The notes: generated by a model not told the origin, from the letters alone. Positions 17,950 to 27,242 are shown, counted from the stretch's first letter. The stretch: 59,628 bases of DNA from an uncultured Candidatus Competibacteraceae bacterium (GCA_964545365.1 CAZJFM010000005.1:12462-72089); one strand, 5' to 3'. Made by a program: numbers and translations.

Positions 17950-19057
17950 GGCTCTGTTTGATAAGTTGGTGTGTAATGGGAGGCAAAACCGCAGCTGTAC
18001 CTAAGGCCAGTTCGGTGAGCAGCGTTCCACCAAAAAGCCCTTGCATGGTTTTTCCAAAGCGCAATCGACCCTGAATCTGGGCATTCCAAGCAGATTGATA
18101 ATGGCTAAGAGCTGCTTTCCTAAGCTGCGGCTTTGCCTCAACCGAGCGAAGGGCCTCCAACCATAAACGGGCACTCCGAATGGCCAGGGCCATGCCGTTG
18201 CCACTTAATGGAGCAATAAGCCCGGCAGAATCGCCAAGCATGGGAAGCCCTTGAGTTATGGCTCCTCTGGCACTGAAACGCACTCCTGATATGGCTTGCG
18301 GCTTTTCCCAAACTTTTTTACTCTTTCTTAGCAATTGTTCCAAATGCGGATTTTGACTCAACACATTTTGTTCCAATGCTTCCACCCCACCGGCTTTCTT
18401 TACGGTTGAGGTACGGACTAAATAACATAAGTTCACCAAACCTGTCTCGGTTTGGGAAACCCCGGCATAGCCCCCTTTAAAATTATGCAAGGCCACCAAA
18501 TCGGTTGACCAATCGGCTTCCAAATGCCACTTAATTCCGGAATACAAGGTGCCTTCACGCAAAAAAGAGCGGTTAAGTTGCCGATCAGGCTGTCCAAGTT
18601 TTCCATAGGCCATAATGAGCCAATTGGCGCTGTAGGTCCCATTTTTGCTTCGAACCACATACCCCTCTTTCTCCAATTCAAAGCCCAAATAGGGCTCTTG
18701 AAGAGCCACTCGAACCCCTGCAGCTTCGGCTTTTTGATACAAATAGTAATCCATAGCCCAGCGGCTTAAGCCTAAACTTTCTTGATCTAAATTGGCCTGC
18801 AAGGCACGGCCAGATGGAGCACTTAACCATAGTTTTTTGATGCGCGCCGGATTCAAGGACTCAAAATCTACGTCCAAGCTTTTTAAAAAAGGTAGGACTT
18901 CACCACTAATAAACTCGCCGCACACCTTATGACGCGGCAAATTTCCTTTTTCGAGCACCAATACCTTAAGGCCCATTTGGGCCATACCAATGGCTGAGCT
19001 TAATCCTGCCAAACCTCCGCCTACTACCAAGGCATCGTAATGATGGGTTAGATTCAC
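17921..19057 (-). CDS. FAD-dependent oxidoreductase (aromatic hydroxylase/geranylgeranyl reductase family)
   Basis: VVGGGLAG, HKVCGE and GDSAGLIAPLSGNGM motifs. GTG start at 19057 overlaps the upstream TGA. Confidence 0.9.
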   Translation of the reverse strand: MNLTHHYDALVVGGGLAGLSSAIGMAQMGLKVLVLEKGNLPRHKVCGEFISGEVLPFLKSLDVDFESLNPARIKKLWLSAPSGRALQANLDQESLGLSRWAMDYYLYQKAEAAGVRVALQEPYLGFELEKEGYVVRSKNGTYSANWLIMAYGKLGQPDRQLNRSFLREGTLYSGIKWHLEADWSTDLVALHNFKGGYAGVSQTETGLVNLCYLVRTSTVKKAGGVEALEQNVLSQNPHLEQLLRKSKKVWEKPQAISGVRFSARGAITQGLPMLGDSAGLIAPLSGNGMALAIRSARLWLEALRSVEAKPQLRKAALSHYQSAWNAQIQGRLRFGKTMQGLFGGTLLTELALGTAAVLPPITHQLIKQSHGKPLAPFT

Positions 19058-19635
19058 TCCTGCAAATTTACGCAAGCCCGAGAAAGCGTTAGCGTCCAGT
19101 CTTGATGAAGCCTTAACCCGGTTCCCAAATATACAGGCTCGCCCATGGGCAGCGTCCAATACGTAGATAGCATCATGGGAACCGAACCGGGCGCCTGCCG
19201 AGATCCAGCCATGGCTTCTCCCAAGCGAAGTAAACTTCCCAAGCTAAGTCCCCGGTAATGTATTTGGCAAGGATACTCCTGCTGCATTACCCATGCTCCC
19301 TGAAGCAATTTATCTATAATGGCTCTTGGTACCTGCGCCTCCACATGCAACAAAAGACTGTCTTCAAAAACCGAACCGGTTTGTGGAGCCCAAGCTTCAG
19401 AACGATTGGCATCCGCTCCAAAAGCAAGGGTTCTTACCCAAATGTCCAATCGTTCGCTACCCGAGGACCAACGCACCAAACTTTGGGAACTGCGCCAAGG
19501 CCCTTCCCCGCCGGCAAGCAACTCTGCACCCGACCGGCACTCAAAACCACCCGGGTCCGATGGCCATTGACCTCTTACTGATCCAAACGCCAATAAAACA
19601 AAGCATATGGTTGCAAACCAAGTCGTTGATTTCAT
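19054..19635 (-). CDS. Secreted hypothetical protein, first gene of the PKS operon
   Basis: Signal peptide (MKSTTWFATICFVLLAFGSVRG); its stop overlaps the start of the next gene (GTGA). Confidence 0.7.
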   Translation of the reverse strand: MKSTTWFATICFVLLAFGSVRGQWPSDPGGFECRSGAELLAGGEGPWRSSQSLVRWSSGSERLDIWVRTLAFGADANRSEAWAPQTGSVFEDSLLLHVEAQVPRAIIDKLLQGAWVMQQEYPCQIHYRGLSLGSLLRLGEAMAGSRQAPGSVPMMLSTYWTLPMGEPVYLGTGLRLHQDWTLTLSRACVNLQE

Positions 19636-19974
19636 GTAAATTCAAAGGTCTGTATATTTAAGCTAATCCCCCATTTTGTTAAGAAAGTTTACCACTTGCA
19701 TCGGTAGCTTATCACTTACATACCCTGCAGACTCAGCTTTGTTTCATCAAAAAAATCAAAGATTTAAGCCATGGCCATGCCAAAGAGCATCCAAACCTGA
19801 AATTCCTATTGAAGGGGTCAAAAACGGCAGTATTTACCTAAAAAAGCCGGCTGGGCGGCGCGCGACTAAGCGGCCACAGGCCTGGTGTTAAAAGGCATAA
19901 GTTGCCCCCGCTTCTTTATTGCCTGTTTACTTGCCTTCTTTTGTTTATTGAATTGCTTGCTTGGCTTAAGGGTA

Positions 19975-20150
19975 TTTGGGGCCCCAAGTGCGTTGCTCAA
20001 CAAAAAGGATTTTGCACGGGTATCCGCCTCCAAGTCCTCGCCCAAAGCCTAAGGGAGGCAAGGCTTCCGGGTGCTTGCTGCGCGCCGCATCCTCAGTCCC
20101 TGCCTCCCTAAGGCTTGGTGCTCCGGGCTTTTTGGCTCCTCCCCAGGGCC
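19975..20150 (+). repeat. Palindromic interspersed element, copy 4 (loop type GCTTGCTGCGC)
   Basis: Starts TTTGGGGGCC; 20027-20150 is about 85% identical to the reverse complement of 12656-12779. Confidence 0.92.
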
Positions 20151-20186
20151 TTCGTTACATTTAGCTTCTTGAGCTAAGCCAAATTA

Positions 20187-22079
20187 TTAGCTTTCAAATT
20201 CCAAAGACCCTCCACCGGTATGTTTCACATATCCTTTAGCCACCCAGTCTTCCAATACATGCCTTTGCCCCTCAGCCAAACTTGGATATTTAAACAACAA
20301 CTCTTCCATTCTCCAATGCCGCTTTTCATTTTTCACCTGACTTAACAAATGTTGAGGGGGGGCTGCTTTCTTAAGTCTTAAGCACACATCACAAACCCCA
20401 CAGGGCTTAGGCGCTTCTTGCCCAAAATACCGTATAAGCGCCACAGAGCGGCAACAATTTTCCTGAAAGGCATAGTCCAAAACGGCTTGCACCTTTTTTT
20501 TGAGTATTTGTTTCCTTTCCGAATAAATTTCGGGAGGCAAAACAAGATTTTTGGCCGAGGGGAGTTCATTCCGTGTTTTAAGCCAAAGCGTTCCTTTTCC
20601 GGGGTCTAAAATGTGCAATGCCTTAAATTTCTCCAACTCCTTTAGCAACACTTCTGCTTGCTTCTGCCGATAGCCACTGCACCATTTTTGCAGCCTTTCT
20701 TTTTTAACGGGCATTCGGCTTTCCATAATTCCTACCGATCTCCGCATGAGCTTTTCGGCCAAATCCAAGGCCTCCTCAGAAATGTTCATAGATCGGAGGG
20801 CTTGGGGGCTTCCATTCAGCTTTAAGTAATAGCAATCTGTTTTGAGTTCGGGGAGTTCCCAATAGCCGGCTTGTTCCATAAGCTTAAGAACGGCCATACA
20901 TTCTTGGGAACTGCAGCCGCAATCCTGGGCCAAACCGGAAAGCTTTAGCTCCATCCAACGTCCTGGCGCCGTGCCTTCGACCAAATGATGCCTATGCATG
21001 ATGCGTTGCACCACCTTTCGAATCAAAACCAGTGGAGGAAAGCGTTGGTTCAGATGTTCCAACAGACGATGGCGGTCTTCTGAGTTCACTATAGCCAGTG
21101 CCCTGGCGGGGGCCTCGTCTCTTCCTGCCCTACCTGCTTCTTGAAAATAAGCCTCTAAAGAATCCGGCAAATCCAAGTGCGCCACTGCCCGTACATCCGG
21201 CTTGTCGATGCCCATTCCAAAGGCATTGGTAGCCGCCATTACGCGGGTATTTCCTTTAATCCAAGAAGCTTGCCGTTCGCTTCGTTGCTGAGGGTCTAGT
21301 CCCCCATGATAAAAAGAGGCCGAAATGCCGCGTCGATTAAGCCATTCGGCCACCCACTCGGTCTTTTTTCTGTTTCTTAAATAAACTACGGCGCTACCGG
21401 GAGTTCGAGTTAAAAAAACCTCCAAACGCTCAAGCTTGTTATCGGAGCGTACTACAGCATAGCACAAGTTAGGACGCTCAAAACTCTTACTGAACACCCT
21501 GGCCTCCTTTCCAAAGGCCAGTTTTTCTTGCATGTCTTGCACCACTTCCGGAGTAGCCGTAGCGGTTAAGGCCAGCACCGGAACTTTAGGTAGCCACTCC
21601 CTGAGTTTGGCAATATGCAGGTAACTTGGCCTAAAGTCATAGCCCCATTGAGAAATACAGTGGGCCTCATCTACGGCAATTAGCCCAACCGGCACCTTTT
21701 CTATCCATTCCAAAAAATAAGGATTTTGAAGGCGCTCCGGAGAAACGTACAAAAACTTTAGACTGCCATCAGCCGCCTGACTCATCCACTGTTCAGCGGC
21801 CGCGCGGCTTTGATGACTGCTTAAGGTAGCGGCTGCAATTCCTCTTTCCTTTAAGTTCTGAACCTGGTCTTGCATCAAGGCAATCAAGGGCGAAATCACC
21901 AAGCACAGACCGGGGCGCATAAGGCCCGGAACTTGAAAGCAAATGCTTTTACCACCTCCCGTGGGCAGCAATGCCAAAGTGTCATTTCCTTCTGCGGCAT
22001 GCCGAACAATATCTTCTTGCAAAGGCCTAAAGGACTCGTAGCCCCAGTAATGTTTGAGGAGTGCTTGCGGTTCTTGCAT
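20187..22079 (-). CDS. recQ: RecQ family ATP-dependent DNA helicase (no HRDC domain seen)
   Basis: LPTGGGKSICFQ, DEAHC-SQWG-DFR, QEAGRAGRD and C-terminal Zn-binding Cys residues. Confidence 0.95.
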   Translation of the reverse strand: MQEPQALLKHYWGYESFRPLQEDIVRHAAEGNDTLALLPTGGGKSICFQVPGLMRPGLCLVISPLIALMQDQVQNLKERGIAAATLSSHQSRAAAEQWMSQAADGSLKFLYVSPERLQNPYFLEWIEKVPVGLIAVDEAHCISQWGYDFRPSYLHIAKLREWLPKVPVLALTATATPEVVQDMQEKLAFGKEARVFSKSFERPNLCYAVVRSDNKLERLEVFLTRTPGSAVVYLRNRKKTEWVAEWLNRRGISASFYHGGLDPQQRSERQASWIKGNTRVMAATNAFGMGIDKPDVRAVAHLDLPDSLEAYFQEAGRAGRDEAPARALAIVNSEDRHRLLEHLNQRFPPLVLIRKVVQRIMHRHHLVEGTAPGRWMELKLSGLAQDCGCSSQECMAVLKLMEQAGYWELPELKTDCYYLKLNGSPQALRSMNISEEALDLAEKLMRRSVGIMESRMPVKKERLQKWCSGYRQKQAEVLLKELEKFKALHILDPGKGTLWLKTRNELPSAKNLVLPPEIYSERKQILKKKVQAVLDYAFQENCCRSVALIRYFGQEAPKPCGVCDVCLRLKKAAPPQHLLSQVKNEKRHWRMEELLFKYPSLAEGQRHVLEDWVAKGYVKHTGGGSLEFES

Positions 22080-22099
22080 GCTCTAATTTACGTATTGCC

Positions 22100-22642
22100 T
22101 TAGGTATTATCCGTTTTTAAAACGGATAAAATATGCTCCATACGCTCCTGAACAGAAACTAAGGGCAATAAGTGTATTTCGAAGTCTAAGCGCTCATAAA
22201 TAGCTACCAGTCCCCGGTGTATGGCTTCGGCATGCTCAAAATCTTCCCAGCGCTGAGCATCTTTAGTAAAAATGGCCTCCCAAGGTGGTGTAAAAAAAAC
22301 CTGGTTGTGGTAAGGCAGGCCCTTCAGGTTACTTAGGGTATCCTGGGTCAATACGGAGCCCTCAGCCAATAAGTATCCAAAGCCATCGGGGACTCCCCGA
22401 TCCAGAAAAACAGGACCTTTAAGGGATAACGCTTCCTTTAACTGTTGCTTTCGGCCTCTCACCACTTCCCGGTGGAACCCCTCGTGGTCCTTCCATGGCA
22501 AGAGGTCTCCATCTCTTTCTTTTTCGCGCGCTATGATTTCTCTTGAAATTTCATGAAAAACCGGAAAGCCATCGGCTTCTAAAGCAGAAATAAGGGAGGT
22601 CTTCCCTGAGCCCGGAGGACCTGTTAACACTATTGGCTTCAT
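22100..22642 (-). CDS. P-loop ATPase/kinase (AAA_28, NadR kinase-like)
   Basis: TGPPGSGKT, FLDRGVPD and YH-VF-PPW motifs. ATG at 22642 is coupled to the upstream stop. Confidence 0.85.
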   Translation of the reverse strand: MKPIVLTGPPGSGKTSLISALEADGFPVFHEISREIIAREKERDGDLLPWKDHEGFHREVVRGRKQQLKEALSLKGPVFLDRGVPDGFGYLLAEGSVLTQDTLSNLKGLPYHNQVFFTPPWEAIFTKDAQRWEDFEHAEAIHRGLVAIYERLDFEIHLLPLVSVQERMEHILSVLKTDNT

Positions 22643-23355
22643 GAATAATACGGTTCTTGGTTGGCCTGCACCACCATAGAAAAGGAGGATAATTCCAGGG
22701 CAATTAGGTTTCCCATTCCGGGTTGGTCGCGGTATACGCAACCATTATCAATATCTACAAATCCATACTTTGGATGGTTCAAGCTTTGCTCTATAAGCTC
22801 CAAAGACACCGGCACGTGGCCATGGACTACCCGTTTTCCGCCTGTGATTTCTAAATCTACTTCAAAATCTCGGATCCACATCATGGCATGGGTATCTTCG
22901 AAAGGATTTGGGGAGCGGAAGTCAAATCCGGCATGCACCAAAAAGGCTTCAGGGACTTCGCGGTAAGCCACAGATTGCTTAACAAGTTCAACAAAAAACT
23001 CGGGCAGTTCCTCCGGCAGCGCACAACCAAACTCTTTGAGTAGCGTTTCTCCTCCATAGCTTTTCCACACCTCCAATAGAGGGCGCTTTACTTTTCCGAA
23101 CCAGTTTTTCCTGGGTATTTCGAGCAGTGCTTCCAAATAAGCTTGTTCGTGGTTGCCACGAATAACATCAATGCTGCAGGTTTCCATAAGCTCCTCCAGC
23201 AAAGAAAACAAGCGAAGGTGTGTAGAACCTCGGTCGATTAGATCGCCCAAAAAGGTAATCCGATCCTCTTTACCCGGCTGTATTTGGTTAACAAGGGCTT
23301 CCAAGGTTTTTCCACAACCATGCACATCCCCTATGGCCCAATGCTTTTGGCTCAT
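22639..23355 (-). CDS. Calcineurin-like metallophosphoesterase (PrpA/ApaH-like)
   Basis: GDVHG, GDLIDRG, RGNHE, VHAG and HGH motifs. Confidence 0.92.
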   Translation of the reverse strand: MSQKHWAIGDVHGCGKTLEALVNQIQPGKEDRITFLGDLIDRGSTHLRLFSLLEELMETCSIDVIRGNHEQAYLEALLEIPRKNWFGKVKRPLLEVWKSYGGETLLKEFGCALPEELPEFFVELVKQSVAYREVPEAFLVHAGFDFRSPNPFEDTHAMMWIRDFEVDLEITGGKRVVHGHVPVSLELIEQSLNHPKYGFVDIDNGCVYRDQPGMGNLIALELSSFSMVVQANQEPYYS

Positions 23356-24104
23356 GAACGTGCTTTTCCTTGGTTGGCCACTTCCTGAAGCCTAGCCTCA
23401 AGCTCCTGCTCATCTAAAAGATATCGATCCCTCAAATATTTCCCCTCCTCGTTTAGCTCAAAAACGTAAGGGACTCCGGTAGGGATATTCAGCTTAAGAA
23501 TTTCATCGTTACTTAAGCCTTTTACATGTTGCACAATGGCTCTAAGACTATTTCCATGCGCAGCAACTACAATGGTTTTATGTTCCTTGAGGGAGGGAAC
23601 TATGTGGTGTTCCCAAAAAGGCAACAAGCGATGCAATGTATCTTTTAATGACTCTGTAGCAGGCAACAAAGCGGGGTCTATGCCCCGATACATTTCTTGA
23701 TTCGCAGGATGTTGAGGGTCTTTAGCATCTAAAGCCGGCGATTGGACATCATAACCTCTTCGCCATAGTAGCACTTGTTCTTCGCCATATTTTGCTGCTG
23801 TCTCAGATTTATCTAAACCTTGCAAAGCGCCATAGTGCTTTTCGTTTAGTCTCCAAGACTTTTCAACCGGAATATGCATGCATTCAGCCTCCTCCAGAGC
23901 AAGCCACAAAGTTTTAATAGCTCTCTGCAGGTAAGAAGTGAATGCTGCTTTGGGGATGAGCCCCGCCTCCTTCAACATTTTGCCTGCAGTAGCAGCTTCA
24001 GCAATTCCTTGAGGGCTTAGAGGAACATTTACCCAGCCGGTAAATCGATTCTCAAGATTCCATTGGCTTTGTCCGTGCCTTAATAAAATACAGGTATAGG
24101 CCAT
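23352..24104 (-). CDS. gpmA: 2,3-bisphosphoglycerate-dependent phosphoglycerate mutase
   Basis: LRHGQS-WNLENRFTGW, HYGALQG and AHGNSLR motifs. Confidence 0.97.
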   Translation of the reverse strand: MAYTCILLRHGQSQWNLENRFTGWVNVPLSPQGIAEAATAGKMLKEAGLIPKAAFTSYLQRAIKTLWLALEEAECMHIPVEKSWRLNEKHYGALQGLDKSETAAKYGEEQVLLWRRGYDVQSPALDAKDPQHPANQEMYRGIDPALLPATESLKDTLHRLLPFWEHHIVPSLKEHKTIVVAAHGNSLRAIVQHVKGLSNDEILKLNIPTGVPYVFELNEEGKYLRDRYLLDEQELEARLQEVANQGKARS

Positions 24105-24196
24105 ACTGATAATTATTGGATACTTCTTTGTTCTTTAATTTATGGAATTCCATGCAAATGTCTCATTTTTGCAGAATCATTACCCGATTGGAACCC

Positions 24197-24703
24197 ATGA
24201 AAAGATATATTTTATTCTTGGTCTTTTTTTTTGCTATCGGATTTAGCAACAAATCCAATGCCCAACACGCCGTTGGTTTAAACTTTGCGGTAGGGCCGTC
24301 CCTGCAAAGAGGAGGAACAACTTACCTAGCCACAACGGGCGAATACAACTACCATTTTTGGAACAAACTAGGTGTGGGAGGACGTATTGCGCACGTATAC
24401 AACCAAGAATTGCGCAATTTCGGGAGCGGTAATGTATTGGAACCACTCCAAAGCCTTCTCATAAGTGCATATGTAGAATACCAGCACCCCCTTGGCAATT
24501 TGCTACCTTACGTGGGAACAGACATCGGAGGCTCCATATTTCAACGCGAAGGGTTCTACCTTCAACCTCAAATCGGAACACGCGCCATGCTCACCGACCA
24601 TTGGTTGCTTGATTTAAGCGTTAAGGCGCCAATGTTTTTTGGAGGCCCTCAAAATTATGGAATCCTCTTAAGCTTTGGAGCGAACTACCGGTTTAGCAAA
24701 TAA
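24197..24703 (+). CDS. Small outer-membrane beta-barrel protein
   Basis: Signal peptide from ATG 24197; amphipathic strands; ends GANYRFSK. Confidence 0.75.
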   Translation: MKRYILFLVFFFAIGFSNKSNAQHAVGLNFAVGPSLQRGGTTYLATTGEYNYHFWNKLGVGGRIAHVYNQELRNFGSGNVLEPLQSLLISAYVEYQHPLGNLLPYVGTDIGGSIFQREGFYLQPQIGTRAMLTDHWLLDLSVKAPMFFGGPQNYGILLSFGANYRFSK

Positions 24704-24720
24704 CCCAAACAACAGCAGCT

Positions 24721-25326
24721 ATGCAGTCCTCCTCTATTCAAAGAGCCTCGGCAAGGGTTCTTTCGGCTTTGCTGTTAGTCATGCTTTTGTTGGGCTGCGC
24801 AGGCAATAGAGAATATGCGCACTACCGTTGGAAAGGAAAGTATCCTCACAAACACAGCGCAGAAGCAAAAGCAGCTCCTGTAAGACTTCAAGACCCAAGT
24901 TCAGAAAGCTTTATCGAACCAAAGGGTGCTCGCCAGCCGAATGCTGCCAGTCATGCCCCTAAAACATCCGATATAATTGAAACGCCTCCCGAATCTTTGG
25001 CCACAGTAAAGCGCCCGGCTATTTCTGCCCCAACAAGGAGCTTACATGGCCTTCAGCCGCACCGCATTACAAACCCAATGGATGTGGCACTGCAAAGCCT
25101 AAAGGAACAACAGGTTTCAGCTTTGGAAGCAAAGCAGTTGGCCAAGGACAGTTTGTTGTGGTGGGGCCTGTTGCTGTGTGGTGTTGGTCTTATTTTGCTC
25201 CTTTTGGCCGGGATTCTTGGAGCGGGCAATGGCTTTATCTTAACTTGGCTCTTTTGGGTATTAGGCTCTATTGCGCTAGTAGGAGGCTTAATTTTGCTTT
25301 TGGCTCACCTTCTAAACATGCTCTAA
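24721..25326 (+). CDS. Hypothetical lipoprotein-like protein with two C-terminal TM helices
   Basis: LLLGC lipobox, Pro/Ser/Ala-rich linker and hydrophobic C-terminus. Confidence 0.65.
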   Translation: MQSSSIQRASARVLSALLLVMLLLGCAGNREYAHYRWKGKYPHKHSAEAKAAPVRLQDPSSESFIEPKGARQPNAASHAPKTSDIIETPPESLATVKRPAISAPTRSLHGLQPHRITNPMDVALQSLKEQQVSALEAKQLAKDSLLWWGLLLCGVGLILLLLAGILGAGNGFILTWLFWVLGSIALVGGLILLLAHLLNML

Positions 25327-26346
25327 ATGTGGTACAAAGAGGCAACCAAGATTCTGTTCCTTTTGCCGGCAGAGTTTGCTCACCGTTTGGTGTTTCGATT
25401 GTTGGGCCTAGGAAAAGCTCTAGGTCTTATTAAGCCACGAATTCCCAAAAATTGTTTGGCACCTATTGAAATTGCCGGTTTAGTTTTCCCAAACCGGGTT
25501 GGCCTTGCGGCAGGCTTGGATAAAAACGCAGAATTTGCAGAATACTGGAGTCATTTTGGCTTTGGCTTTGCCGAGATTGGTACGGTAACTCCATTGCCCC
25601 AAAGAGGGAACCCCAAACCACGTCTGTTTAGGCTCAAAAAAGAAAGGGCCATCATCAACCGAATGGGATTCAATAACGCAGGACTTGAAACAGTGTCCCG
25701 TAAACTTCAAAAGCGCAAGCGAAACGGTTGCTTAATTGGCGGGAATATTGGGAAAAATAAACAAACCCCAAATCAGGAGGCACAAAACGATTACCTTAAA
25801 GGGTTGGATTCGCTGCATCCCTACGTAGATTACTTTACAATAAATGTGAGCTCCCCCAATACCCCCGAACTAAGAGACCTGCAAGCCCCGCAAGCGCTTC
25901 GCCGATTGCTGCTTCCCTTAATGGAATTAAATCAAGCACTTGAACCCCGCAGACCCTTGTTCGTAAAATTAGATCCCGACATGTCTTTTGAGCAGCTGGA
26001 TGAGGTTTTGCAGGTTTTAATGGAACTTAAAATAGACGGTGTAATTGCCACCAACACCTCTAGTCACAGGTCAAGCAATATGAGCCAAAGGGCAATCTCA
26101 ACTAAGGGGGGCATAAGCGGCGCTCCTATTTTTAAGCGCGCCTTAGAGCGTGTGCAATTTATTCAACACAAAACCAAGGGTGAGCTCCCCATCATTGCAT
26201 GTGGCGGTATTGACAGCCTTAAAAAAGCACAACTAATGCGGCAGGCAGGGGCAAGTTTGGTTCAGGTCTACACCGGCTTTATATACCAAGGTCCCGACCT
26301 CATTCAAAAATTAGCCAAAGGTTTAGGTACCTTTGTACCCCAATGA
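25327..26346 (+). CDS. pyrD: Quinone-dependent dihydroorotate dehydrogenase
   Basis: GLAAGLDKN, GNPKPRLFR, INRMGFNN and NVSSPNTP motifs. Confidence 0.97.
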   Translation: MWYKEATKILFLLPAEFAHRLVFRLLGLGKALGLIKPRIPKNCLAPIEIAGLVFPNRVGLAAGLDKNAEFAEYWSHFGFGFAEIGTVTPLPQRGNPKPRLFRLKKERAIINRMGFNNAGLETVSRKLQKRKRNGCLIGGNIGKNKQTPNQEAQNDYLKGLDSLHPYVDYFTINVSSPNTPELRDLQAPQALRRLLLPLMELNQALEPRRPLFVKLDPDMSFEQLDEVLQVLMELKIDGVIATNTSSHRSSNMSQRAISTKGGISGAPIFKRALERVQFIQHKTKGELPIIACGGIDSLKKAQLMRQAGASLVQVYTGFIYQGPDLIQKLAKGLGTFVPQ

Positions 26347-27200
26347 ACCAGGTGCGCATAACCGAATGTCCACGCGATGCCATGCAGGGCATCCCTACAT
26401 TCATTCCTACCGAGCAAAAAATCAAATACATAAAGACCCTTTGCCAATGTGGGTTTAACCGTATTGACTTTGGAAGCTTTGTGCAGCCCAAAGCCATTCC
26501 GCAAATGGCCGATACAGAAAAGGTGGCCCAAGCATTGGAAGGCGTAGACCATCCCGAGCTATTGGCTATTGTTGGAAACCTAAAAGGCGTCAAACGTTCA
26601 CTTCCCTTTAAGCACATTACCTGGCTGGGGTTTCCGTTTTCTATTTCCAATACTTTTTTGGAACGAAACATTCAATCCAATCTTAACGATTCTTGGCACC
26701 GACTGCTTAGCATTAGGGATTTGGCGCATAAAAACGAAAAAAAGGTACAGGTTTATATCTCTATGGCTTTTGGGAACCCCTATGGAGACCCATACCACGA
26801 AGACTTAGTGCTTGAATGGGTGGAAAAGCTAAAGGCCGAAGAACTGTTTTGGGTCAGCTTATCGGATACCATTGGAGAAGCCCAGCCTAACCAAATAAAG
26901 TACCTTTGGAACCAGCTAAATGTACATTTCCCGGACGTGCAAGCCGGAGCTCATTTGCATACCCGACCCGATAATCTAAAGTCCAACTTGGAAGCTGCCT
27001 GGGTTTCCGGCTGCAGGCAATTTGATGGCGCCCTGCGGGGCTTTGGTGGTTGCCCTATGGCCAAGGATAAGCTAACAGGTAATTTACCTACTGAAGCTTT
27101 GATCGCCTTTTTAGAAGAAAAAAATGCAGACATAAGCTTAGACAAACAAGCTTTTGAAGAAGCTTGGAGCATGGCCTCTGAAGTTTTTCCTCCACAATGA
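26343..27200 (+). CDS. Hydroxymethylglutaryl-CoA lyase
   Basis: ECPRDAMQG, DTIG, HLHT and GGCP---GN motifs. Confidence 0.92.
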   Translation: MNQVRITECPRDAMQGIPTFIPTEQKIKYIKTLCQCGFNRIDFGSFVQPKAIPQMADTEKVAQALEGVDHPELLAIVGNLKGVKRSLPFKHITWLGFPFSISNTFLERNIQSNLNDSWHRLLSIRDLAHKNEKKVQVYISMAFGNPYGDPYHEDLVLEWVEKLKAEELFWVSLSDTIGEAQPNQIKYLWNQLNVHFPDVQAGAHLHTRPDNLKSNLEAAWVSGCRQFDGALRGFGGCPMAKDKLTGNLPTEALIAFLEEKNADISLDKQAFEEAWSMASEVFPPQ

Positions 27201-27234
27201 GGCACTTTTTCTTGGGAATTTAGCCTGACCCGAT

Positions 27235-27242
27235 TATCTTTG
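27235..27242 (+). promoter_or_regulatory. -7 promoter box TATCTTTG of rpmB
   Basis: Matches TAnnTTTG, 33 nt upstream of the ATG. Confidence 0.65.

Noticed and set aside
12876-19635. Flexirubin/aryl polyene or DAR (DarAB) pathway
   Set aside because: No chain-length factor pairs, DarA/DarB, ammonia lyase or acyl-CoA ligase; the core is a type III PKS.
19640-19970. Riboswitch or small gene upstream of the PKS operon
   Set aside because: A short GC-rich patch near 19845-19890 is present, but no recognisable aptamer or credible ORF.
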